Source of the DNA: Octopus sinensis
Lineage: Eukaryota
NCBI RefSeq assembly: GCF_006345805.1
Contig: NC_043000.1
Location: 124,124,001-124,188,000 of the forward strand
Reading direction: 5' to 3'
DNA: 64,000 nt
The notes under the pieces were generated by a model. The model saw only the letters and a list, made by a program, of their open reading frames with translations, ran no database searches and was not told the origin of the DNA. Both the position numbers and the translations under genes were made by a program. Shown in pieces: positions 39,341-51,856 of this stretch. Positions within the stretch are counted from its first letter, which is position 1; every line of letters begins with the position of its first letter.

Positions 39341-39545
39341 CTGTCTGCATAGCGTTGCAGGAAGTCTGTAACTTCCAATTCTGTTTGAGGGCAATGTATA
39401 AAAATTGGTATCCAGACTAAGAAAAGATCAAAGGTTACTAAAACCATGGAAAACTTCAAGCATTTTCTGAGATCCATTTTGTAGAAGCTCGTGATAACAC
39501 CACCAACAATCATTCCAATGGAAGACATCAAGACAAATGTGGTAC
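39341..39545 (-). CDS. OATP exon (STTFVLMSSIGMIVGG...IFIHCPQTELEV...)
   Basis: Two hydrophobic helices with G...GG and the conserved Cys before the Kazal loop. 205 nt, aaaag|GT ... AG|GTAATA, phase 1/2. Confidence 0.85.
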
Positions 39546-39644
39546 CTTTTGAGGGATAAGAAATATAAAAATATTAGTTTACATCATAAGAATTAGTTTA
39601 CATCATAAGAAACTATGAGAGAATGAGAAATAATTCATTTTTAC

Positions 39645-39792
39645 TGGTTGAACTATCTATCTAATGGTTAAACTATCTATCTATTGTTAAACTATCTATC
39701 TAATGGTTGAACTATCTATCTATGGTTAAACTATCTATCTAATGGTTAAACTATCTATCTATGGTTAAACTATCTATCTAATGGTTGAACTA
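39645..39792. repeat. 19-20 bp minisatellite (TGGTT(G/A)AACTATCTATCTA(A)), about 7 copies
   Basis: Seen directly; ~250 bp upstream... adjacent (about 100 bp) to the acceptor of the 39545 exon. Confidence 0.85.
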
Positions 39793-40465
39793 GTGTCCAA
39801 CCATTTTGGACCTGTGGGCTTATGCTGAACGGCTGATGTCGTGTGTGGGACGAGTCCGCCTGTCGGCCGAGTCTATTGTGTCAGTTGCTCTACCACCTTC
39901 CCTCAACCAGGAAGGCAAGGCAGTCGTCATCGTATTGGTGGCCATGCTGAAAGAATGTGTGTGGTGGACTCGAGCAAAAGGACTAGAGACAAACACTTAC
40001 CTCTCTGGCCAATCGCTCATCAACTTTTGCAAGTACCACTTGAAAAGGAAGGTGAGAATGGAGAGGCAGGTTTTGTCTCGTGAAAGTTTCAAAAAAAGGT
40101 GGGTGAATGTAGCAAAGATGGTGCGTGCGAGTGACGAAACCACTTTGAGCATGATCCTGTAAATCATAAAAAGAGAGAGAGAGCACTCTGCTCTCATGTG
40201 TTTATTTCCTCCCTGCCTGAGGTTACAGTGGTCTTTTCTGTAGGCTTTTCTTTCCGTGGATAAACCTAATCTTGATTCTTACTTTTAAAAAAATTTCTTC
40301 TGTGATACACGAGCCATTTTGATCAACATTTTTTTTCCAATCCCTTTTGATTGGAATTTTACTTTTGTTCTTTTTTTCTTTTTTCTTTTTCATTTTCAAA
40401 AAGAAAAGCTCTACATTTGTATTTGTCCCCTCTGTGTTCAGCCCTGTGTGGCCAATAAAGAAAGT
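39793..40465 (+). mobile_element. Tx1/L1-clade LINE 3' fragment
   Basis: Open C-terminal ORF (...KECVWWTR...HLKRKVRMER...FKKRW), T-rich 3'UTR, AATAAA-containing end. Putative 18-bp TSD TATCTAATGGTTGAACTA at 39775-39792 and 40466-40483. Confidence 0.65.
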
Positions 40466-40931
40466 TATCTAATGGTTGAACTATCTGAAGTAGATAAAGC
40501 TATTAGTAACAGCATATAAATATTGGCTTAAAAGCCTTGGGCAACCTTTGAATTTTCCTAACCAAAGGGGTTTTTTTACTCAATATTTACATGCTATTAT
40601 TTATAGCTTTATTTACTTTGAGTTCAAACTTAAAAACCAAAAATATTAGTATTTTTATGTAGCACTTTGAGCAAGTATAAGAATAGTTTCCACAAGTTCT
40701 CCATGTTTGAATTATTTTTAGCATTATATAAATGTAACTATATATAAGTTCAATATTTAAAAATAAATAGGCGTAGGAGTGGCTGTGTGCTAAGTAGCTT
40801 GCTTACGAACCACATGGTTCCAGGTTCAGTCCCTCTGCATGGCACCTTGGGCAAGTGTCTTCTACTATAGCCTCGGGCCGACCAAAGCCTTGTGAGTGGA
40901 TTTGGTAGACGGAAACTGGAAGAAGCCCATC

Positions 40932-40972
<41 letters not shown>

Positions 40973-41023
40973 CGTGTCTGTGCTTGTCCCCCAACATCGC
41001 TTGACAACCGATATATATATATA

Positions 41024-41057
<34 letters not shown>

Positions 41058-41733
41058 ATGTGTATATGTTTGTGTGTCTATGTTTGTCCCCCCAACATCG
41101 CTTGACAATTGATGTTGGTCTGTTTACATCCCCCGTAACTTAGCGGTTTGGCAAAAGAGACTGATAGAATAAGTACTAGGCTTATAAAGAATAAATCCTG
41201 GGGTCGATTTGCTTCGCTAAAGGCGGTGCTCCAGCATGGCCACAGTCAAATGACTGAAACAAGTAAAAGAGAGAGTAAAAGAGAGAGTATGTATTAGACA
41301 TATACTTAAGATTCTACCACTGTATGTGTTTATATTACATTAACAATAAGACAGCAGACTGTCTTTTTGATTTTAACAGAACCTTATTTCCAACCAATCA
41401 AATCTTATCATTATTTTCCGGTAATCAAATGTTATTATGTGCTGATGGATCGTCTGCTTGTATTCAATGAACATTGTTATGAATAAGATTAGAAGAATGT
41501 CATTAGTAGGAGTGCAAACAAATAAGTGTAAACAAATACGACCACTATTCTACTAGTATATTACAGTTCATGAACATCTTGGAATGTAAAACTAACAATC
41601 TCTTCACCAAAATGGAGGAAGACATGGAAAAATTGGGTACATATCAGCTTTGTGGTTAATCACAGAAGTCAAATGTATAACTCCATTATTCCTGTTCTCT
41701 CCTCTGGTTAAGGTTGGGTTACAGTTTTGTTTT

Positions 41734-41772
<39 letters not shown>

Positions 41773-42035
41773 TTCTATGTAATCTCAAGTTTTAAAACAA
41801 ACAATTTTCTTATGGTTTCTTAAACATTCACTAGTACAACACTAAGTACAAAACCAAATATATGGCACCCTAGGCATAATACCAACATGAACTTCCAACT
41901 TGTTGTCTCTTGAGGTCTCTGGGTGAAACTTGGAGCCAACTCGTACAAATGTAAAGCCAAAGTCAAACATATAATAATAATAACAACAACAACAACAACA
42001 ATAACAATAATAATAATACTAATAATAATAGAAGC
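41773..42035 (+). mobile_element. Probable R4/Dong-like LINE 3'UTR inserted in (AAT)n
   Basis: Unique ~200-nt segment ending ...AAAGTCAAACAT(AAT)n, flanked on both sides by AAT repeats. Family assignment is from memory only. Confidence 0.35.
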
Positions 42036-42700
42036 TGTGCAAAGGCAAATAAGAATAATAACATGCTTATTGTATACAGTGCTCAAGTGTTCTGTATCAC
42101 ATCAGAAAAGGTTGAAAGGCAGAATAGAGAGCTGACATATAAATAAAGTAAAGAAAGTCAGCAATAGAAGCTAGAAGTATTTACACAATACACTGAATAA
42201 AACACAAAAAGATAGAAAAATGGACATTAAGATAGTCGTAAAGAGGAATGGATGCATAGACACGTCAGGAGTAGTGTTGGTAAATTTTGGGAACAGAACT
42301 TTTGAAGGCTGCAGCGTCCTGACAGCTAATAACCGACATGGATAGTTTATCCCATGATTTGACAATTCTGTGTGCCATAAGAAAAAAAAAAAATGTTTTT
42401 GAAGGTCATGGGTGCTGCTGCTGCAAAACTGTTTTTTTTTTATTCTATAAGTGCTTGTCTATGTGTGGTAGAGATACTGAATTCAAAAAGGTGGCCAAAT
42501 TTGTTGAGGGAAAGATGGTGGATAACCTTGTGAGCTTCTACTAAGTCCACTACTAGAAGATGATGAAGTGATTAACCAACAAAACTGTGAGATTAAATTG
42601 TACCAGATAACATCTAATGAAGTCAGAATCTGCAGGTATGGTAATGATAGTTTTTATGAGAACTTGGAATATATCCCCAAAGATTCATTCCACATTAAAA

Positions 42701-42851
<151 letters not shown>

Positions 42852-42858
42852 ATATATA

Positions 42859-42890
<32 letters not shown>

Positions 42891-44297
42891 TTGTCTGCCT
42901 GCTTGCCTGCCTGCCTACGCGTTTCTCTCTCTCTCTCACTCTCTCCCTCTCTCTCTCTCTCTCACTCTCTCTCCACACACACACACACACACACATGAAA
43001 GCGGCTTATTGTTAGTTAGAAGTATGTCATTTTTACTGCAAGAAAGCAATTATCAAAGTCTATATTGCCAAGAAAATTCTGAAAATTATAATTTTAATAT
43101 TCTTTTTATCAAAATATGATTCTCAAAATTTTATTATTAATAATTTCATATACACAATTCACTTAGAAACATTACTTCTAATTCATTATGAAATTGTCTT
43201 GTTGCACCGCAAGAAAGCATTTTTAATGTCTGTTTATATTTCACTATAACTACAAAAGTGTCTCCCACTGACTTTGTTTTTTCATAACTTTGTAAATAAA
43301 CAGATATTTTATAATGAAATTTTCTACAAATACGTTTTAGAAGCTGCAAATTTTGAAGGGAGGGGAATTTTAGATAATTTACATACCTTGACTTTGTTTC
43401 CTCATAACTTTCAGAAAATTGATTGTTTTTGGAGGAAATTTTCTACAAATACTTTTCAGATTTTTTAGATTACAAATATATCAGAAGTTAATGTGAAAAG
43501 AAACTTGGATCGGGTGTGCTATATTTCACACATCTTGGTTGATTTCCTCATCTATTTTGATGATGTTTAACAATTTCTGGGTTCATTCCCACTGCGTGGC
43601 ACTTTGGGCAAGTGTCTTCTACTATAGCTTCGCGCCGACCAAAACTTTGTGAGTGGATTTGGTAGATGGAAACTGAAAGAAGCCCGTCATATATATGTAT
43701 ATATATATGTATGTGTGTGCATGTGTGTATGCTTGTGTGCCTGTGTTTGTCCCCCCAACATCGCTCGACAACCGATGCTGGTGTTTTTATGTCCCTGTAA
43801 CTTAGCGGTTCAGCAAAAGAGACTGATAGAATAAGTACTAGGCTTACAAAGAATAATTCCTGGGGTTGATTTGCTCGACTAAAGGTGGTGCTCCAGCATG
43901 GCCACAGTCAAAATGACTGAAGCAAGTAAAAGAGTAAAAGAGAAAGGTAGTACCATTTGAAAACACTAGTTTATGTGTCAAAATAATAATATAGCCAGTC
44001 AATAAATCAATGAAATATATTACCAGAGTAAAATAGATAGTGGGATTGATATGATTGAGTGAAATCTTTGAAGTGGTACCCTAACATGGCCGCAGTCCAA
44101 TGACTGAAACCAGTAAAAGAACAAGCAAATAAAAAATATCTAGTATACATGGGTGTGTGGTTAAGAAGCTTGCTTTGCAAACATGTGGTTTTGGGTTCCT
44201 ACTGTGCAGCACCTTGTGTTAGTGTCTTCTATTATAGCTCCAGGCCAATCAATGCCCTGTGAGTGAATTTGGTGGAGAGAGACTGTGAAGCCTGTTG

Positions 44298-44328
<31 letters not shown>

Positions 44329-44405
44329 GTGTGTGTGTGTGTATGTATGTGTGTGTGTGTGTATATGTATGTAAGTACGTATGTATATATGTATGTGTGT
44401 GTGTA

Positions 44406-44453
<48 letters not shown>

Positions 44454-45316
44454 TGGCCATAAGTCACCCGACAGTAATCAAAATTCCACAAATACTATCT
44501 GTAATTCTGTATTGACTTGAATGGAAAAATGTGTCGCTGAAGAAGGACTTCAGTTTTGAACAATTTTCATGATATTTCATATTTAGATACTTTTATTAAA
44601 TTTATTCATTTGTTAAATATAAATAAATCTTGGAATTAAACAGGGTTTGATTTACTGTCAGGTGACTTTCGGCCAACCCTGTATCATCAACATCATCATC
44701 ATCATCATCATCATCGTTTAACGTCCATTTTCCATGCTGGCATGAGTTGGACAGTTTGACTGAGGTCTGGAAAGCCAGTGGCTGCACCAGGCTCCAATCT
44801 GATCTGGGAATGTTTCTATAGCTTGATGCCCTTCTTAATGCCAACTGCTCCAAGAGTGTAGTGGGTGATTTTTATGTTCACTTGTACAGGAGCCAGTCAG
44901 GTAGTCCTGGCATTGATCCCATTTGGATGGTGCTTTTTATGTACCACCAGCTTGGAAGCCAGTCAGGGGGCACTGGCATCGACCACATTCAGATGATGCT
45001 TTTTATGTGCCACCAGCATGGGAGCCAATCAGGCAGATGTCTTTGTGTGTGTGCCCTTCTTATTTGTACTCTACCATCATGTGACAACCAGAGTTGGTTT
45101 ATTTATGTCTCTGAAACTTAGCAGTTCAGCAAAAGTGACCAACAGAATAAGTACCAGACTTAAAAAAAAAGAAACAAAATACAAAAAAAAACAAATAAGT
45201 ACTGGTGTCAATTTGTTCAATTAAACACTTTAAGGCAGTGCCCCAGCAAGGCCGCTGTCCAATGACTGAAACAAGTAAAAGATAAAACATGAAATTTAAT
45301 TGGAAATAAAACTTAC

Positions 45317-45481
45317 TGACGACAATATTGGTTTTCCATGAAGTCCATTTAAATTGAGTTTCAAAATATTTTGGTATGAAGGGTAAAGTGCCAGATGCAG
45401 AGAATATAATCAGACCTATATGTCCTAAGATTAAAATCAATAATGGGTTTTTTGCCATGTTGTAAAATGTCTGGATCATAT
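45317..45481 (-). CDS. OATP exon (DMIQTFYNMAKNP...FIPKYFETQFKWTSWKTNIVV)
   Basis: Contains the OATP motif F.PKY.E.QF. 165 nt, attag|AT ... A|GTAAGT, phase 1/1. Confidence 0.9.
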
Positions 45482-48096
45482 CTAATAAAAAAGAAAAAGA
45501 ATTTAGGAAATAGTTAATATTAATATCATAATATTAAGTGATAATTTTGAAATATTCATATTATAGGTGCAGGAGTGGCTGTGTGGTAGTAGCTTGTTTA
45601 CCAACCACATGGTTCCAGGTTCAGCCCCACTGCGAGGTTCTTTGGGCAAGTGTCTTCTACTATAGCCTTGGGCTGACCAAAACCTTGTGAGTGGATTTGG
45701 TCGATGGAAACTGAAAGTCTGTCGTGTGTTTATATATATATGTTTATATGTATATGTTTTTGTGTCTCTATTTGCTCCCCTTCCCACAATCGCTTGACAA
45801 ATGATATTGGTGTGTTTACACCCCCATGACTTAGTGGTTCAGTAAACGAGACTGATAGAATAAGTATTAGGCTTACAACAAATAAATCCTGGGATTGATT
45901 TGTTTGACTAAAGGCGGTGCTCAAGCATGGTTGCAGTCAGAATGACTGAAACAAATAAAAGAATATTTCCTTATGGATATTCATAGGATATTGTCTATTT
46001 GGGAGTTAAATTTGGTTTCAAATTTTGGCACAAGGTCAGCAATTTCGAGATAAGGATAAGTCAATTATATTGACCCCAGTGTGTGACTGGTACTTGTTTT
46101 ATAAACTACAAAAGGATAAAAGACAAAGTCATTTCAGCAGAATTTAAACTTTGAACTATTTATTTAATTTTGAAAACAAAAATTTATTTTATGGTTAATT
46201 ATTCTTTTCTTAAAATTTTTTTTACTTGTTTCAGTCATTTGACTGTGGCCATGCTGGAGCACTGCCTTTAGTCAAGCAAATCGACCCCAGAACTTATTCT
46301 TTGTAAGCCTAGTACTTATTCTATCGGTCTCTTTTGCTGAACCACTAAGTTACGGGGCCGTAAACACACCAGCATCTGTTGTCAAGTGATGTTGGGTGGG
46401 GGAACAAACACAGACACTCAAACACACACACACATATGTACATATACATATATACGATGGGCTTCTTTCAGTTTCCGTCTACCAAATCCACTCACAAGGC
46501 TTTGGTCAGCCAGAGGCTATAGTAGAAGACACTTGCACAGGGTGCCACGCAGTGGGACTGAACCCAGAACCATGTGGTTGGTAAGCAAGCTACTTACCAC
46601 ACAGCCACTCCTGCGCTTATGAATTGTTTATATTTTGAATTATTTTGAATAATTTTTGTTTACATTTTGAACCATTAACATATACTTAAGGGCACCAAAA
46701 CCTTTTAAGTGCTTAGGGCCTCTATAGATCTTAAACCGGCTCTGCCCAAAAGGATGAAAGGCAAAATTGATCTTGGTAGAATTTGAACTATGAACATAAA
46801 GATGGATGAAATACCGCTAAGCTTTTTCCCCAGCATGCTAACAACTCTGCTAGTCATTAATATTAAAGTCCCAAATAAGGCAGTGAGCTGGCAGAGTGGT
46901 TAGCATGCTGGGTGAAATGTTTAGTGGCATTTCGTCTGCTGTTACGTTCTGAGTTCAAATTCTGCCGAGGTCGACTTTGCCCTTCAGAGTCGATTAAACA
47001 AGTACCAGTTATGCACTGGGGTTGATATAATCGACTTAATCCGTTTGTCTGTCCTTGTTTGTCCTCTCTGTGTTTAGCCCCTTGTGGGTAGTAAAGAAAT
47101 AGATATTTCTTCCACCTTTACGTTTATAGTTCAAATTCTACCAAGATCAACTTCATCTTTCATCCTTTTGCAGGGCCAGATTAAGACCTGTGGGGGCACA
47201 TGGCCTAGTGGTTAGAGCAGCAGACTCGCAGTTGAGAGATTGTAGGTTCGAATCTCAGACCGGGTGATGTATGTGTTTATGAGTGAAACACCTAAGCTCC
47301 ACGTGGATCCGGCAGAAGGTAATGGCAAACTTCTGCTGACTCTTTCATCACAACTTTCTCTCACTCTTTCCTCCTGCATCTTGCAGCTCACCTGCGACAG
47401 ACCGGCTTCCAGTCCAGGTGGGGAACCTATACGCCAAGGAAACCGGGAAACTGGCCCTGATGAGCCAGGAATGGCTCGAGAAGGAACAAACAGATTAAGA
47501 CCCATAGAAGCCCTAAGCACTAAAAAGGTTTCGGTACCCTCAAGTGTATGTAAATAGCTCAAAATGTAAACAAAAATAATTCAAAATGTAAACAATAATA
47601 AATCATAAAATAAGTTTTTATTTTTCAAAATGAAATAAAATTCACAGTAAGATAGAAAATAATGTCTATTTTTGTATACTTCCACTTTATTTATATTTGA
47701 AAAGTTTTCTGGTTTTTTTTTTTAATTGCAAAGTGTTTGATGATATCGTTAAAATTAATTTAATGTAAAATTTCTCCTATATTTAGTAGAGATAAGGCAT
47801 TATGAATATTATTCTAGCGAGTTTAAAGTGATTTCTTTTGTACTGTACACCATTTTCATTTCTGTGGTGCCCCCATCCCTTGATGCCCTAAGCACATGCT
47901 TATTTTGTTTAATGGGTTTATCCAGTTCTGTTTTTGGGGGTCAATGAAATAAGTACCAGTCAAGCACTGGGGTTGATATAATTAACTTGCCCCCTCCCCC
48001 ATAATTTCTGGCCTTGTGTTAAAATTAGAAATCATTATTATTAATAACTTTGCCAGTCATCCTTTAACTCTTTAGCATTCAGATTTCTCTGTCAGC

Positions 48097-48350
48097 TTGC
48101 CACCTTGGATTGGGCATGTATTGAGAAAGGAACTGAATTATCGTTGCATGGTTACCTTGATTTGGCAACCTGAGGGGAAGAGAAAAGTTTGTAGACCAAA
48201 AACCACATGGAGAAGGACAGTGGAAAAGGAAAGGAATCAAGCTGGATGGTCATCATGGAGTGCAGCAAAAAAACTTACAAAACAGAGGAATAAATGGAAA
48301 ACGAGAATGGAGGCCTTATGCGCCAGCTGGCACAAAGAGGACAGATAGAT
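48097..48350 (+). mobile_element. RTE-like LINE terminal fragment
   Basis: WIGHVLRK...LIWQPEGKRKVCRPKTTWRRTVEKE...W..A...R.KW....ALC. Confidence 0.75.
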
Positions 48351-48994
48351 ATGTCTCAGTGTGATCATTGTGGAGGCACATGGCCTAGTGGTTAGAGCAG
48401 CGGACTCGTGGTCGTGGGATCATGGGTTCAAATTTCAGACCAGGCAATGTGTGTGTTTATGAGCAAAACACTTAAGCTCCATGTGGCTCCGGCAGAAGGT
48501 AATGGCGAACTTCTGCTGACTCTTTCGCCACAACTTTCTCTCACTCTTTCCTCCTGCATCTTGCAGCTCACCTGCGACGGACCAGCGTCCTGTCCAGGTG
48601 GGGAACCTATAAGCTAAGGAAACCGGGAAACCGGCCCTTATGAGCCAGGCATGGCTCGAGAAGGAATAAACAACAACAGTATGATCATTGATATTCTGAA
48701 TGTAGCAGAATTAGGAGGAAATAAAGGTATAACTTCAGAACAAAATTTATTCACCAAAGAACTGTAAGAGAAGTACTGTAAATGCAGTAAACTAGAATAC
48801 ATTGCTGAACTTGAAGAAGCAATAAGTCATTTCAAATACAGCAGAAACATTTTTTTAATGATAGTTCATTAATTAGCCCAAGTTAGCACAAATTAACAGA
48901 GCATTGCTTTTTCTTTTTTTTTCTTCTGGGTACTGCTTGCTTGATAGTTCCAGTAATTTGAGTACCAGATAAAATGGGGCTGGGTGAGTTGTTA

Positions 48995-49034
<40 letters not shown>

Positions 49035-49834
49035 AGTTGTTTTCTTGTTTTTTTTAATGGTAATTTATGCTTTATCATTCAGTTATTTTTATATTTTTAT
49101 TCAGTCACGCATGTTGGCACTGGTGCCAATTAGCACGATTTGTTTCATCATGCGTATAATCAAATGACTCATTAATTAATTAAATAACTATCTAATTAAT
49201 TGACATTAAAACAGTAATGATATACATTTGGTGCTTGTGTTTTAATTGCCAGCATGATCCTTCCGAAATACAACAGTATTTGTTGGAACAACTTTACCAT
49301 TTACAGCCAAAACTCACTTTGGATTCAAATTCAGAATTCTTGAACTTACAATATCAATATATTTGTAACACTCACATACACAAACATAGACAGACACACA
49401 TATAAATGTGTGTATTTGTGTGTGTGTGTGTGGTGTGTGTGTGTGTGTATGTGTAGCTGGTAGTTTTTAGCTTTTTTTCCAACCAAGAACTTTTTAACCT
49501 AATATACTGGGTTCAAATTTTGATTCAAGGTCAGCAATTTGAAGGGGTTAAGCTGATTACATTAACCTCAGTTTTTATCGATCCTGAAAGGATGAAAGGT
49601 ATGCCAGCATCAGTTGTTAGTTGTCAGAGCACTGCATCCTTCAAAACTTCCATGCTTCCTGAGATTCGCCAACACTACACCTGATTTTCTCCCCTCCATA
49701 CACATGCAAGCATGTATCGGACTGATACACTGTTCACTTTCCAGACATTTGTACATTACTGCATATACTTTATATGCACTTTTGACAAGTTGTGGTGCAC
49801 CTGAGCACTGTATACAATAATTTCATTATTATCC

Positions 49835-49875
<41 letters not shown>

Positions 49876-50530
49876 AAGTGAAACTCAGTGGAATTTGAAC
49901 TCAGAATGTAAAGATGGACAAAATGCTGCTGCTAAGCATTTTTCCCAGCATGCAAACAATTCTGCCACCTCATCGCCTTTTTTTAACCTAACATATTATA
50001 CACTATTATTTATAGCTGTGTAATATATATGTTAATTGTTTTCATGTTCAGTTGTAATAAAATCAATTTTGTAGAGTACAAATTATTATTCATAAACTGA
50101 AATTGTAGTTGTGGGCGATGTCAGTGCCGCCTAAATGGCTCCCATGCTGGTGGCATGCAATAAGCACCATTCACGTGTGGGTCTTTGCCAGTGCTGCTTG
50201 ACTGGCTCCTCATGCAGGTGGAATGTAAAAAGCACCATCCGAACATGGTCGATGCCAGCCCTGACTGGCTCCTGTGCCAGTGGCACGTAAAAAGCACCAT
50301 CCAAATGTTGCTGATGTCAGTGCTGACTGACTGGCTCCTGTGCCGGTGGCACGTAAAAAGCACCCACTACACTCTCAGAGTGATGGGCGTTATGAAGGGC
50401 ATCCAGCTGTAGAAACATTGCTAGATCAGATTGGAGCCTGGTGCGGCCTGCTGGCTTGTCAGTCCCCAGTCAAACCGTCCAACTCATGCCAGCATGGAAA
50501 ATGGATGTTAAACGATGATGGTGATGATGA

Positions 50531-51856
50531 GAATATTATTGACAGTAGCTTCAAAGTTTCAGCAAGTTAAGCCATCAGTGGACTGCAATTCATTGAAATT
50601 AATCTTAGTTTTATATAGTCTGTGTTGAGTTAAAATCTTCATTGGTTGTGTGAGTTTGAGAGGCATGGCTATAAGGTTTTAGGGTGGATTGTTATTGGCT
50701 AAATTTGGGGTTGTGTTATTGTTTAGAATTTATTCATGTATGTAGAACTTTGTGAGCAGATGTGTATATTTAGCTGTGTCCTGTGTTGCAGGTTGGCATA
50801 GGACAAGAAAAACAAGCATAAGTTAAACAAATTTCTATACTAACAGCACCATGACATGTTCAATGAATAAACTCAACCTAAATTCTTTTGTGAATCCCTA
50901 AAACATTCAATTACAAAAATGCTGAATCACTCACTTCCTAAGTTTTTAAATACCGGCATAAACTTTGAACTAAGCTTTGATCAAAGCAAAGGATTAAATT
51001 CAATACAACCAAATAATTCTATGTACTATACATGCACCTTTGATGATTTGTAGTGCACCTGAGCACTATGCACGACAAAATTATTATTATTGGAAGGTAA
51101 AAAACACCATTCGAGCATGATTGTTACCTGTGTCGCCTTACTGGCACTTGTGCTGGTGGCACATTTAAAAAACATTCAAGCGAGGTCGTTGCCAGTGCCA
51201 CTGGACTGGCTTCTGTGCAGGTGGCACATGAAAAGCACCATTTGAGCGTGGCGGTTGCCAGTACCGCCTGACTGGCCCTCGTACTGGTGGCACGTAAAAG
51301 CACCCACTACACTTTCGGAGTGGTTGGCATTAGGAAGGGCATCCAGCTGTAGAAACTCTGCCAGATCAGATTGGAGTCTGGGGTAGCCATCTGGTTCGCC
51401 AGATCTCAGTCAAATCGTCCAACCCATGCTAGCATGGAAAGCAGACATTAAACGATGATGATGATGATGATGAACTAAAACTATTGGCACATCCACTAAC
51501 TAAAAAAGCTTTCTATACCTATCTATATCCTTTTTATGAACCACTAAAAGCAATCCTATGATCTGAAGTGAACTCACCTAAATATATAAATATACACACC
51601 TGCTTACAAAGCTCTACATGCATGAATAAATTTTAAGCAATGACATAGCACTAAATTTAATCAATAAAAATATCTCCAAAACATTTTTGCATCACAACCC
51701 ACCTTAAAACCTAATAACTACTCCATTCAAATCCACATACCCAAGGTAGATTTTAACTCAACAGAAACTATATAAAGCCAAGACTAGCTTCAATGGATCA
51801 CAGTTTGATGATGGCTTAACTGGCCAAAACTTTAAAGCCATTATCAATAATATTCT
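50531..51856. mobile_element. Old Penelope-like inverted-repeat element with decayed hammerheads, interrupted by CR1 and RTE tails
   Basis: 50531-50772 and 51590-51856 are diverged reverse complements. Degenerate motifs at 51801-51843 (+) and 50543-50585 (-). Confidence 0.5.

Noticed and set aside
44448-44630. CTGAAGA...GAAC at ~44537 as a possible hammerhead
   Set aside because: No GAAA-stem III-UH or stem I pairing. The segment reads KCVAEEGLQF and follows TA-CAGAATTGGCCATAAGT, which better fits a Tc1/mariner remnant.
47450-47490. CTGATGAGCCAGGAATGGCTCGAGAA in a SINE B tail
   Set aside because: The sister copy at 48635-48660 has CTTATGAG, and there is no GAAA/UH or stem I. It is only a small hairpin.
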